DNA of 64,000 bases from the human T2T-CHM13v2.0 reference genome, Homo sapiens. The first letter of the stretch is position 1; each line of letters opens with the position of its first letter. Where the stretch lies: NCBI RefSeq assembly GCF_009914755.1, contig NC_060932.1, one strand, 5' to 3'. This document shows, piece after piece, positions 40,651-55,960 of the stretch. The notes below the pieces were generated by a model that saw only the letters and a list, made by a program, of their open reading frames with translations, had not been told where the DNA came from and searched no databases. The position numbers and the translations under genes were made by a program.

Positions 40651-43600
40651 AGATATGGAATTTCAGCTTCAAAGATACATATCTTCAGCACTTTGAGGCT
40701 GGTTCTTTATTGTCTCATGGCATCTGATGTGGCTCCTGAGAAGTTGATGGCACTGATTGTACCCCTTTGGAGGTAATCTGCTTTTCCTCTATGGTAGCTG
40801 TTAGGTTTCCCTTTCGGAGCTTATTCTGAAGCAGTGCTACATTGTGCCCAGGTTTGATTTTGTTTTGTTTTGTTTTGAATTCCATTTTGTAGATCTTTTT
40901 TTTTGTTCTGAGAGCTCAAGTCTTTCCTCAGTTCTGGGAATATCTCAGGCAGTAAATTTTCACATGTCATTTTCCAGCACCTTATTTTATCTTTTTTAAC
41001 CCCTATGTTGTATCTTCTTGCTCTGTCCCCTCTACTTATCTTTACTTTCAACTTTTCTACCTCTTTATCTTTTAATAATTAACCTTAGAGTTTACAGATT
41101 TACTCTTCTATAATCTTCAGAATGTTGCACTTGTTAAAATAACAAATTAACTGCTTGTTCTTGCTTCATAATCACTGTCCTTGTTCAAAAATCAATGAAT
41201 TTTATTCATTCTTTTATCTCATATAGACTATTAAATATATTCATTTAAGTGTCTGTCCCTAATATACACACTGCTGATGGTTTACTGTTTTCTTTCTCTG
41301 TTTCTAGCCTATAGAGATGCCCCTATATTATTTTAGAAGGCTGTTAAATATTTAGTAATATAGTTATTATTTCTATGTGCTTTTGAAATAATGCCATTTA
41401 TCCCATGCTCAACCCATCATTTTGGGAGTATCATTATATACTCTCAATCCTTTTCAGTTCCCAGCAGCTGCCACCAGCATCCTCCAACCAACGTTATCTC
41501 CTAAAGCCCAGAGAACACTTTGCAAAATACATATGGCTGTCCCTTAGAGAGACCTCACAGTTCCCATCTCTGCTATCTCTCTGTATTCAGGAAGCATAGT
41601 GGGCAAATGGGTGGTCTAGATGCTTTTTTATTCTCTGAGTTCAATTTAATATAAAAAGAAGAGGAGGATAGAAAATAAAGCCATTTATTCAGGCTCCTGT
41701 CTGAGGTGAATAACAGTATCTATTTCTCACTTCTCACCCACACTGTAACATTTATCCCAGGAAAATCAAATCCATAGCTTACCAACTGATCTATGTTCCA
41801 TGGGGCAGACTCAGTTTCATTCACAGCTCTATCCCTTGTAACTAACACGGCTCTAACCTATAGATCGAATGAACCACTTTAAGGAGGGAGCAAAATATGT
41901 TTTATTAAATCTATTTCTTGGTTGAGCAAACTGAAGGTCAGTGTCACAGCCAAATATTACAGGAACTAGGACTAGGACCCAGAATTTCTTGACCCAATTC
42001 AACACATCCCAGGAGAACCAATACAACTTCTGTTGACGATGTGTTGACTAACCATTCCTCAAAGGCATGAACTGCATCTTATTCATCTATGTGCCCATAT
42101 GAACACTCAGAAGCTATTCAATAAGATGCTTGTTAGAGTATTATAATTAAATTACTAAGATTAATTTTCCATTGGTTTCTTCATATTTTTGCAGTCATGG
42201 AACATACTGGAACCTAATGATGACATTAAGAACCCTCTCCCCAGAAAAATGCACATCTGTATGCACACATGACACACAACATTTTGCATCAATTTCAAAG
42301 GTCCTCCAAACTTCTAAAGCTGGGTAAGATCTTAAAATCTCCTTTCAAAGTCTTGAAATTCTGGGGCTTATAAGAGGCCTTAAAGATTACTGATTTCAAT
42401 TTCCTTATTTTATACATGCAGAAACTGAGGGCTAGAGATAGGAAGTTACTGGTAGATTGATCCTAGAGTACATGCAAGGAAGGCCTGGGATATCTACTGT
42501 TTGGAAACCCTCAGAATTAACTGGGTAAAGAGACCCTCCACCTCCCTTGGACATGGACTTTGCTCAGAACTGCTCTCTCTACCCTTACCTTCCTGAGCTT
42601 CCCATTGGCAGAAGTGACCTATCCAAAGTCTGACAGCCAGAAGCCCTGAGACTAGGACCCAGGTCTTCTAGCTCCCAGCCCGTTGCCCTTTCCATGACAA
42701 ACTTGATCTCCCAAAGTTTTTCGACATCTTCTCTCTCTCAGCCAGCTTCTCCCACCTCACCCTTCCTTCTGGGTTCTGCTTTCATTGGGTGCTTTCTTAC
42801 ATGACATTCCCCGCTTTTTTATTAAAAAGGAATCAAAATCTCAGTTCATCGAGTGAAAAACAGATCAGGATGCTTGAAACCAAATTTACTTGTATATTTC
42901 CAATGCAATGCTCCCTAAACCAAACTCTTTACAAATAAATAAATCAATCATGACGTGTCACTTGTTCCAATCCTGAGGAAACAACAACATAAATAAGACA
43001 AAGTGATGGGACTGGATAACAGGTGTCATTTAAAATCATGTCCTGAAAATGTCACTAGAGGGTTGGGTAAATCTCTGTTAAGCTAAAATAAGTTAAATGC
43101 AAATAAATAATATTTAGGGAGAAATATGGGCACAAAGCAAAATTAAGTTTTGCTATTGATAACACGCTGTGATTACATCAAACGAATTGACCCTTCCGGT
43201 TAATAAAAATTGTTACCTGCCTCAGAACTTTAATTACATAATCACTAATAATGCAGGTTAATTTCATAGAATTAAAAAAAAAAACAACTACCAAAACAAA
43301 ATTATTTTTGGAGTTAACCCCTGCAAGATCCCAAAAAACATACAAAAGACCAAATGTTTGTGAGTGTTTGGCCAGTGTTGGAACTCAGGTCTCAGGGCAG
43401 GGCAATGACTTATCCAAGTTATATAGCAGTTAAGTTATACAGGCTAGATTACCAGATGAGGCCATGACATCTATGAATTGTTTTTTCTGTAAATAATAAC
43501 ATATGATAATGATGAGTTTTGCTTCCAGCAATACTGACTAGGTTGTTTTGGACCAACCATCCTGCTGAAGATGATAAAAAAAAAAAAAAAAAAAAAAAAA

Positions 43601-45237
43601 ATCTAAACAAAATATGAAGAATGCCCATGAAAGCATTAGAAAGTTACCAAGGCAAAGAGCTTACAGGACAAGATCCAGTAAAGCCAGGGAAGTGCAGCTC
43701 CTTTACTGCTCAATTTGGCTGCTGATTCCAAAAGCAAAAGCTGAGCTTCCGGGAAGCTGAGTAGAGTTTTGGGGATTCTCACAGGACTGGAGAGAAATAA
43801 AATAAGGCTCACGGCTCTCCAAAAAGGAGCAGCTTGGGAAAATATTCAAGACTGTTAATTGGAAAACATGAAAGGCTGATACTTAGGTGTAACAGCAACT
43901 AGGAACTAGAACATCCCTCCCAAGGACTGAGGCTTCTAATAATTTAATCCCTGATTTGATTAAGGTGATCCTCTCTTTGCTTAGTTTTGGAAGGTCCAAC
44001 AATGAAACAAAAAACAAATGTGACAAAGAGAAAACAAATTGCAAAACGTTAAACTTAAACTCGGCCATGTGACTAATTATATTAAATAAAAATGGACCAA
44101 ACAACACTGTAATTAAAAGGCAGATATTGTCAAACTAGATTTTAAAAGGCCAAGATCCAATTATATGCTGTCTATAAGAGATGCGCTTTAAACACAAGAG
44201 CACAGATAATTTGAAAGCAAAAGGATAGAAAAGATTTTATGAAAAAATAAGCATAAGAGAACTGTTGTGTTTCTATTAAGACCAAAGTAGGGAGCGGAAC
44301 CAATGCCTGGCTGGGGGAGCTGCCACTGAGGTGTCCCTGGCCAGTGTCCTTCCACCCACTCGCAAGCATGGGGGACATCTTCACCAACTTCTTAAAGGGC
44401 TTTTTTGGCACAAAAGAAGTGCCCATCATCATGGTGGGCCTGGATGCTGCAAGGAAGACGCCAATCCTGTACAAGCTGAAGTTGGGCGAGATTATGACCA
44501 CCGTCCCCACCTTAGACTTCAGCGTGGAGAATGCGGAGTACAAGAACATCAGCTTCAGCCTGTGGGATGTGGGTGGCCAGGACAAGGCCACTACTTCCAG
44601 TGCACACAAGGCCTGATCCTCGTGGTGGACTGCAATGACAGAGAGCTCATGGACGAGGCCCAGGAGGGGCTCATGAGGATGCTAGCTGGGGTCAATCTTG
44701 GGATGCAGTCCTCCAACAAGCGGGGCCTCCCCAACACCAAGAATGCAGCCGGGATCACAGACACGTTGGGGCTCACTCCCTACACCACAGGAACTGGTAT
44801 ATTCAGGCTACCCGCACCATCAGCGGCGACGGGCTCTGTGAAGGACTGGACTGCTGTCCCAGCAGCTCCCAAACCAGAAGTGAACACGAACCCCGATCCT
44901 CTCACTCCTCCTCTTGCCTTCCACTTTACTCTCATGTAGCAAATGTGTAGTTCATGGTGTGAGTGCCAGAAGCTGCCTCCGTGGTTGAGTCACCATGTGC
45001 ATCTCACCGTGCTGTAAATGTGGAAGACACAGACTTCGGCCAGTCTTTTTATTTAATGTAAATAGTTTTTATTTCCAATATGGCAGTTTCTGGTACTCCT
45101 ATGCAATATTACTCAGCTTTTATTGTAAAAAGTAAAATCAACTCACTGTTCAGAGCTGGGGAGTGATGTAGGCCCATGGGCATCTGGCCTCCAGGAGTCA
45201 CTGTGTGGGGAGCGCAGGGTGTGCCCCTGGCTTTTGA

Positions 45238-45577
<340 letters not shown>

Positions 45578-46382
45578 GGTGGGTGGTTTTTAACCAGAAC
45601 TCAGTGCATTTTAAAAAAAAAAACAGTTAAAAATCCAAGCCAAGAAAATCTGACCACATGGGAAGGAGAGAGACCTGCCTAGCCTAGGTATGCAGTTTGA
45701 GTTGCCAGCTCAGTCGTTCCCCTCAGGAATGTGAGGAAGTGGAGTGGCAGCCCACAGTCAGTTCCGCATGGTCACAATAGAGATCCCCACAACTCACTTG
45801 TCCATGGGTCACCCTGTGTTCCACAGCCTTGTGCTTGTCCCTGTGCTCCCAAGGTTACTAGGTGCTGGGCTTGGAGCTCATGGCCATCTCACTCTCCCCC
45901 AGGCCGACAACCCCACCTGCCCACCTGCTGTGGCCAGCTCGGGGGATGCAGGGCCCCACTGTCCCTTAGTCAGCATGAGGCCAAAATGGGCCCTTCATCC
46001 CCAGCATTCACACTTGCTCAGACACACGAGCGAGGTGTCTGGGGCCTCAATGGCAGTAACACGTGCAAGCTGGGCAAGCTGCCCATCTAAACCCACATCC
46101 CCTCAGGAGCACCCCATCTCCATGTGTGATGTAACTTGCTCTCTCTCAGCCTGCAGGGGGTCTGATCTGCCATCAATAAAGACGACTTCTACTTTGTTCT
46201 TTTGTATTTTGATAAACACTGAAGAAGCTAGAGCTGCTAAATTTATCTTAGGGAAAACATTAGAACTAGTCTATTTGGTGTTATGGAACCTCTTACTACT
46301 TTTAATACATGATTGATAATCAACAGTTTTGTTATTTTTCTTCTGTTTTCATTTTGACAAACAAGCACTGTAATTATAGCTA

Positions 46383-46670
<288 letters not shown>

Positions 46671-46758
46671 TTAATTATTGAAAAAAATGATCAAAGTAGG
46701 TATCAAGATAAAGAGTATTACTAGAGATAAAGGGGGACTTTATTTTCTAACTTTTTAA

Positions 46759-47042
<284 letters not shown>

Positions 47043-48458
47043 TAAAAACTAATTTTCTAATTCCTAAATACTGAAAGTGTCAATTCATCAAAAAAAGAAC
47101 AATTCAAAATAAATATGCACACAAATCACAAAGGTTCATTAAGCAAAAACTGACCAAAACTAAAAGAAAAAATAGAGAAATGACAATAATAGTTGAAAAC
47201 TATAACCTCCTCTTTTGGTAGTTAGTGGAAGAATGAGCAACTACTATCGATACTATCAACCAATTTTAATTAATTGACATTTGCATAATTTATACCCAAC
47301 TGACAACAGCTGAATACAGATTATTTTCCAAGGTATGAGGAATAGTCACCAAGATACACCACATGCTTTTTCATAAAATAAGTCTCAATACATATTAAAA
47401 GATTAAAATGTTACTATGCTCTTGGCCAAATTGAAATTGAAATTAATAACAATCAGTCTTCTAGAAAATCCTCCAAGTACTTGGCAATAGGAAACATACT
47501 TCCAAACAAGCCATGTGTTAATAGTAAAATATAAGATGTTTTTGACTGACTGATTTAAAAAACATGTCAAAATGTGTGGGATACAGCTAAAAAGGAAATT
47601 TACAGCTTTAAATACTGATATGAGAAAAAAGGGAAGCTTTTAAAATCAATGATCTAAATTTCTACCTTAAAAAAATAGGAAAAGAAAACTCAATCTACAA
47701 GGAAGGAAATAAAGAGATGATCAGAGATCATTGAAATGAAAGCAATAGAAAAGTGAACAAGGCCAAAAGTAATAAAGAAAATACAGAGAAAACAAAATTG
47801 TTAATGTTAGAAATAAAAGAGGAGATATAAGTTCCCATTGTACAGACAGTGAATAAGGCAATGTAATAAACTACTTTACACCAGTAACTTCAACTGGACA
47901 AATTCTTTGGAAAACACAACTGACTGAAAGCAACAAGAGAAGAAATGGATGACTCAAATACTGCTATTAGTTATTTAAGAAATCGAATCCATAACTAAAA
48001 ATGTTCCCACAAAGAACAGATGATTTCACTGGTAAATTCCACCAAACATTTAAGGAAGGGAAAGCAGCAATCTTACACAGGCTCTTCATTTTATGAGCCT
48101 AGTCTTTGTCCTGAGAAGGGGTTGATGATGTCTGGAAGAGTGGCTGATTGTCTGGATAAATGAATCTAGGGGAAGTACCTGAAACAAACAATAAGATTAC
48201 CTATAACTTTATTTTCCTGAGCAAGAATTGTTTGGAATGATAAAATCACCTTAATGCAGACAGTGTACTGTGATTGCAGGTTTCAGTTCTCAATATAGTG
48301 TTCTAATACATTGGACTAATCTCTGGTGTGACTGCCTTGGGGAGAAGTAGAGGGTAGTGTTTGGGAAGGGGGACAAAGAGGGCTTCTGGGGGGGCTAGAA
48401 ATATTCCCTTTCTTGACCTCAGTAGTGGTTACACAAGTATGCTCACTTTGGTATAATT

Positions 48459-50477
48459 TTTTTCCCAACTGTTTAGGTTCATGCGGTACATGTATAAGTT
48501 TGTTACATGGGTAAGTAAATTGCACATCACTGAGGTTTGGTATGCAAATGACGCTGTCACCCAGGTAGTGAGCATATACCAGGTAGGTAGTTTTTCAACC
48601 CTCACTCCCATCCTACCCTCCTCCCTCTAGTAGTCCCCAGTGTCTGCTGTTCCCATCTTTATGTCCATGAGTACGCAATATTCAGCTCCCACTTATAAGT
48701 GAGAAAATGGGGTATTTGGTTTTTTCTTTCTGCATTAATTTGCTTAGGATAACGGCCTCTAGCTGCATCCACGTTGCTGCAAGAGACATGATTTCATTCA
48801 TTTTTATGGCTGCATAGTATTCCATGGTGTATATGTACCACATTTTCTTTATCCAGTCCACTGCTGATGGGCATGTAGGTTGATTCCATGTCTTTGCTAT
48901 TGTAAATAGTGCTGCAATGAAAGATGAGTGCATGTATCTTTTTGGTAGAATGATTTATTTTCCTTTGGGTTTATACCTAGTAGTGGGATTGCTGGATTGA
49001 ATGGCACTTCTGCTTTAAGTTCTTTGAGAAATCTCCAAACTGCTTTCTACATTGGCTGAACTAATTTACATTCCCACCCACAGTTTCTAAGTGCTCCCTC
49101 TTCTCTGCAGTCTTGCCAACATCTTAGTTTTTAAAAAAATACCAGCCATACTGACTGGTGTGAGATGGTAAACTCACTGTGGTTTTGATTTGCATTTCTA
49201 TAATGATTAATGCTGTTGAGCATTTTTTCATATATTTGTTGGCCAAATATGTCTTCTTTTGAGAAGTATCTGTTCATGTCTTTTGCCCACTTTTTAAAGG
49301 GATTGTTTCTTTCTTGTTGAATTGTTTAAGTTCCTTATAGATTCTGGATAGACCTTTGTCAGATGCATAGTTTGTGAATATTTTCTTCTATTCTGTAGGT
49401 TGTCTGTTTACTCTGTTGATAGTTTATTTTGCTGTGCAGAAGCTATGTAGTTTAATTAGGTCCTATTTGTCAATTTTTGTTTTTGTTGCTATTGCTTTTG
49501 ATATCTTCATTATAAAATCTTTGCTGGGACATATGTCCGGAATGTTATTTCCTAGTTTATCTTGCAGGGTTTTTACAGTTGTAGGTGTTACACTTAAGTC
49601 TTTAATCCATCTTAAGTTAATTTTAAAATATGGTGAAAGGTAGAGGTTCAGTTTCATTCTTCTGCTAGCCAGCTATCCCAGAACCATTTATGGAATAGGG
49701 AGTCCTTTCCTTACTTCTTGGTATTGTCAACTTTGTTAAAGAGCAGATGGTTGTAGGTATGCAAATTTGGGGTTCTCTATTCTGTTCCATTAGTTTATGT
49801 GTCTACTTTTGTACCAGCACCATGCCGTTTTGGTTTCTGTAGTCTTGTAGGATAGTTTGAAGTCAGGTAGTGTGATGCTTCCAGCTTTGTTCTTCTTGCT
49901 TAAAATTGCTTGGCTAGTCAGGCTCCTTTTTGATCCCATATGAGTTTTAGAATAGTTTTTTCTAATTCTGTGAAAAATGATGTTGGTGGTCATTTTCTGA
50001 TAGAAATAGCTGATAGGAATAGCACTGAATCTATAAATTGCTTTGGGCAGTATGGCCATTTTAATGATATTTATTCTTCTAATCCATGAGTGTGGGATGT
50101 TTTTCCACTTGTTTGTGTCATCTATGACTTCCTTCAGCAGTGTTTTGTACTTCTCCTTGTAGAGATCTTTCACCTCCTTGGTTAGATGTATTCCAAGATA
50201 TTTTATGTGTGTGTGGCTATTGTAAATTGGGTTATATCCCTGATTTTTCTCTCAGCTTGAATATTATTGGTGTATAGAAATGCTAATGATTTTTATACAT
50301 TGTTGTATCCTGAAACTTTACTGAGGTCATTTCTCACCTCTAGGAGCCTTTTTGTGGAGTTGTTAGGGTTTTCCACATATAGAATTATATCATCAGTGAA
50401 GAGAGATAATTTGACTTCTTTTCCTATTTGGATGCCTTTTATTTCTTTCTCTTGCCTGATTGCTCTGGCTAGGACTT
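48459..50477 (-). mobile_element. 5'-truncated LINE-1 (L1PA15/16-like) inserted in an L1ME 3' end
   Basis: ORF2 C-terminal remnants ([29 protein letters not shown]). 17-bp TSD ctcactttggtataatt (48442-48458) / ctcactttgggataatt (50478-50494). Confidence 0.93.
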
Positions 50478-53400
50478 CTCACTTTGGGATAATTCATTAA
50501 GTTCTCACTTAGGATTTGTGTGGCTTTATGTGTATTATACTTTAGTAAAAATTTCATTAAATATATTAAACATAATAAGTGGGCTAAAATAATAATGGTT
50601 GTTAATTTCTAGAGTATTAAGAGTCATTACAGCTTTCTGGCCTTACAAGACAAGAAAACAAGTTGGATCATTGAAAATATGAAGGCAGGATTCAGGAAAA
50701 CAAATTCAATTGCTATTTAGTTGATAATTATGCTGTAAAAAGCTTAAGATTACTACTTCTGTCTTTATTTAGTAGTAATCAATAACGACAGAAATAGAAA
50801 ACTTGGCATCTAGCAGATGACTGCAATTATATTTATATGTATAATGTATATTTACATATATATGAGAGAGATGTTTAAGAATTAAGTCTGAAAAAGATAC
50901 AGGAAAATGAATAAAGCTATCATGTTTTCTATTGAATTTATTAAAATGAGTAAAAACAGTCTGGTTAATAAGAAGGGTGAGAGAAAGGGGGCAGTTTTCC
51001 TCCCTAAATTCAGTTTATTTCTCATTTCTTCCTTTCTTATTTTTTATTGATATATAACAAACACAAGAGCAATAACATGCACAAATCTTAAGTACACAAC
51101 TCAACAAATTTTTACAAAGTAAATATTCCTGTGTAGCCAGCATTCAAATCAAGGTACAGAATATCACCAGTATCTCAGAAACGTCCCTTTGTGCCTTCTC
51201 CCCTTCCCCTCACGAAGGTAACAACTGGACTTCTATTATCATAGTAAAGTTTGGCTAGTTTTTGAACTTAAAAACATACAGTATATGCTCTTTTGTGCCT
51301 GGATTTTATCACTCAAAGCTAATCTGTGAGCATACTTCTTATTTTTAGTTGCACTGTAAAGGTGGGTCATGATGCTACCAGTAAACAAGGCTCAGAGTGC
51401 AATGGCAAGAGCAGGGACTTTGCAAGCAAACTGAGCAGCATTTGGGTTCTAGTTCTGTTACTCTGCCTTGGGGTGAATTTTGAATCTCTGAGCTCTTCAT
51501 CTGATCCTTAGAATGAGAAAATAGTTACATGGCAGGATTGCTGGAAGGATTATAAAGAATATCAATAATAATAAAGTAAACCTTTATCGAATATTTTGCA
51601 TGTGTCAAGTGGTTGAGTAAACTCAACAATGTTTTGCTGGCCTTTGTTGGCAGCACAGCTATATGTGTGAATCCCAGTCTTTGCTTCTCTCTTCCAAAGT
51701 CCAAATTCCAGAAAAGAAATTCAATTGTCTCAGCATGGGTCAGGTAGACACTCTTGGAAAAATTATATTACCTAATGGGAAAAGGGAGCCTTGGCATTTA
51801 CATAGTATTGACCAGGGCACAGGGACCTATGCATAAGGACTGAGCATGCGCCTGGAGAGGAGGGATTACCCCCAGACAATTACCTTAAGAGCACCTGCTA
51901 TACTCTCAGGAGCCTGGCCAGAGAAACACACAACTCCTGCAACTGGATAAGCATAGTCTAGCAAAGAAAAACCAGAATCCAAAGTCCCTGCATATGTGGA
52001 GTATCTGATTTATATAGAAAACCAGCCCCTGTCACAATGAGGTTTAAAGTACAACAAAAGAGATAACACGTTGATTGACCTAGTAACACACTGGGAAGGT
52101 CAACCAGCCTCCAAACTCAAGATAAGAGAGCCTTTCCGTGGTCAATTGGGAACCCTCATCTTGTTGTCTTAACCATGTCCCCAACCTCATGGGATCCTAA
52201 ACCAACCAACCTCCTTACCAAAAATCAGACGAACTGAACAGTGGCACATTGAGGTCACTTGAGCAGGTTCTGTATTATTATCCCCACTTTCCAGATGGAA
52301 AAGTTCAGTTAGGAATCAGCAAAGGGACCTGCCCTGTCTGCGTATAGACCCAGGGTGTCTTACACTGTATGACTCCTGCCTGCATAGTTTTCTTCCTTTA
52401 AAAGATTGTTTTGAACCAGCTTTGATGCCAGGTGGTCTAACTTGGGTGCCAACTGGATTAGGAAAGGAGGGGTGTGGCCATCAGCAAAGGGGCTCCTGCT
52501 TTTCTTTTGCTCTTACAGCCTGGCTTCCCTGACCTTTCCAGCACTGCTTTACCTGCTTCCCCACGTTGTTGAGATCTGTTATGTCTACCAATGCTGAAAA
52601 AAGAACGCAGATCATATAGCAGAACTGCTATTCAGCTTGCAAAAGATGGGAGAAGAGGGTAAAAAGACATACTTAAAGAGGCTCATTTTTTAAAAAGCTG
52701 AGTGATTATTTCCTCTCAGAATAAAATTATGTTAATGCATTCACTGCAGGGAGGGGGAAAGATGCCCTTTGGAGAATGAAGCTAAACTAATTTTAGCATT
52801 TGCATTTGCAGGACAGAGCTATGCTTGCTAATGCTGACGTGGGGCATGACAGGGTATGCTTTGGGTCACGTGAGACTCAGGCAGATGACATCCCTCCCAT
52901 CCCCATCCCATCTCCCCATTCTCCCCTCCAACGCCCCTTCACGGGCAGCCAACCTTTCATTTGGTTCCCATGAAGAGTCACAAGAGGCAGCCTAATCCAG
53001 TGGACAGAGTGAGGAGATAGCCTCTGGAGACTCCTGTTCTGTGAAATGGGAACTATCCATGGTTCCTGTAAGAATTCCAGGTAGTTGTGTACATAAAGCA
53101 CCTGGCACAGGTAGACTCTCAAGAAGGGTGGTTAGTGTGGCTCAGCCTCACTCCCTTATTATTCATCTATCTATCCACCCATTTATTCACTCATTCAACA
53201 GACTTTCATTCATATCAGATGCTGGCACAGTAGAGGAGATGGAACCTCAAAGACAAATAGAATAGGGCACAGCCTCTTCCTGAGAGGCTCACTCTCAGCA
53301 GGGAAGGCTGAGAGCAGACAGCTAACTCCAGTACAAGCAGTAGGTGGGAAGGTGCTGAGTGGCTGTGCACAGGGAGCTCTGTAGAAGATGCCATTTGTTT

Positions 53401-54657
53401 TTATGGGGGGCAAGTAAAAGCTTCATGGAGACAGGAATGTTCATGCCTGGAAGAGTAGGATTTCATCAGGCAAAGCTGGGGATGGGAAGGAACTCCAGGG
53501 CTAGGGTGGCATAGTGGGGCAGTGGGTGGGTGAGAGCAGGCTTGGTTGGGAAGTTGGGCTAGCTCCAGAGCCCCCACTGAAGACAACAGAGCAGCAAACC
53601 AAGGCATGTCTTTTTCAGATATTAGGGCAAGTGTCGAGTGATAGTTCTCACCCAAGCAATAGAAAATAGAAAAGCAAAATCATGGTTAAGTAGGAAAGGG
53701 TGGAAAACTTAGTACAGCTCCTCCAATTTCCTTTGGGCATGCTTTTGGCCAGGAGATTGTCATTCATACAAAGTTTAGTGAAATTGATTACAGGTAAACG
53801 CTGAGATTCTAGAAATTGATGGAATCCTAAAAAGTCCTTCTACCTTCCAAGTTGTGTAAATTAAATGAAATGCAAAATTCACTTGGTACTCTTGTTATTT
53901 ATAAATAAAGCCTGCAGTGAATTATTTGCTAAAGCAGACTCAGCTCTTTATTTCTCTGACTTAGAAGTTTAAATTTTCATGTAGAATGATAGACTCTTGG
54001 GATGGAAGGGGCCCAGTGCTATGTACTGTCCTGGGGTGTGCAGGTACAGAGGGAAAAATATACTCTTGTGTAGTTTCATACAAATAAAATACTCCTGGCT
54101 TTTTGGGAAAAAAGTTACTTCTACCTTTTAAATAAACTGTCAAAGTGGTCTAAAAGTATCGACAATATCTAAAATAAATTATTAGAAAAACTTATTTTTC
54201 CTTCTTAAAAATCTGTTTCTTTCTCATTTCTAATCTTTAGCATAACCTTTACTCTTTTTGGTGCAATAACCAAAAGTAGGGTGGCATACTGCAGACTTAA
54301 AAGACAAACCTGAATCTGATTTCCAGCTCCACTATTTAATTTCTCTAACCTTTATTTTCCCATCTATAAAATGGGGAAAATAATCCCCATGTAGTTGGTG
54401 GTGCTGTTAATGTAACTGGTTATTGAACAAGCATGATGGTGCATTGGGCTGAAACACGCTTTAGTTTTTACGCTTACGTCCCTTGAAACTTTATTCCTGT
54501 GGTGGAGATGAGAACGGAGAGACTATATGGGGAAGGGGGTAGTCTCCCAGTGTCTGTGAATGACAAATGCACCAGCCTGTTCTGCTCAGACTTGGGCAGT
54601 TGACAGCCTTTAGGTTGCAAACACAGTCACAATCCAGCAATTTAAAATTTCATTTCT

Positions 54658-55021
<364 letters not shown>

Positions 55022-55484
55022 TTAGCTTTAAGCCTTCCCACCTCCAAGCTCAGGCCTGCTTTGGTGAATGGGCAGGGGGGAAGAGGAGGTCCGTCTTTCT
55101 GCTCCCTACTCTCACTGTTCATTGTCCTCTGACTGGGGCTGCTATTTAGGCTCTGCCTGGCTAGGAGGAGAACATGGGAGCAGAGGTGGAAGTATGGAAA
55201 TAGGACAGTTTTTGCTTAGTAATGACCACACCCTCTGGCCCTGGCTGATGGTCAAGGCTACAGGGAAGACATGGCAAGGTCTAGGCAAGTCTCCCAAAGC
55301 ACTCCTCACTCGGCTTGAGGCAGGAAGGTAGCATCCCTACTCTCTCCACCAATCTTCTCTCCACCTATCATGACGTTAAACCAGGTAAAGGCGCCAAAAG
55401 ACAAAACACATTCTTCTTCATTGTCGTTGTAAAGCCTGCATGAGGGAGGTCTTGCTCACATTCACCATCCTCAAAAACCAGCCT

Positions 55485-55608
55485 ACTGGGCTTAATACCT
55501 ATGTAATGGGTTGATAGGTGCAGTAAACCATGATGGCACGTTTGCCTATGTCACAAACCTGCACATCCTATACATGTACCCCAGAACTAAAAATAATAAA
55601 GAAAAAAG
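55485..55608 (+). mobile_element. Short L1PA 3' end
   Basis: gggcttaatacct..ttgataggtgcag..acaaacctgcacatcc..gtaccccagaactaaaa plus A tail. Confidence 0.85.
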
Positions 55609-55660
55609 AATCACTCAAAACAAAACAAAAAACCATAATACTGATGCTTTAGTAGAAAAA

Positions 55661-55960
55661 CAGGCAGTGGCTCATGCCTGTAATCCCAGCACTGTGGGAG
55701 GCCAAGGCAGGCAGATCACCTGAGGTCAGGAGCTCGAGACTAGCCCGGCCAACATGGTGAAACCCCTCCTCTACTAAAAATACAAACATTAGCAGGGCAT
55801 GGTGGTGCATGCCTGTAATCCCAGCTACTCAGGAGGCTGAGGCAGAAGAATCGCTTGAACCCAGGAGGCAGAGGTTACAGTGAGCTGAGATGGTGCCACT
55901 GCACTCCAGCCGGGGTGACAGAACAAGACTCCGTCTCAAAAAGAAAAAAGAAAAAAAGAA
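55661..55960 (+). mobile_element. AluSx-like
   Basis: Dimeric Alu with gatcacctgaggtcaggag and an A tail. Confidence 0.92.

Noticed and set aside
44331-44939. 202-aa ORF, the longest in the track
   Set aside because: Mostly off-frame reading of the ARF1 pseudogene stitched together by deletions; it starts at GTG and shows no sign of an independent gene.
45744-46316. 190-aa ORF
   Set aside because: Lies in the GC-rich ARF1-derived 3'UTR, starts at a non-ATG codon and has no recognisable domain.
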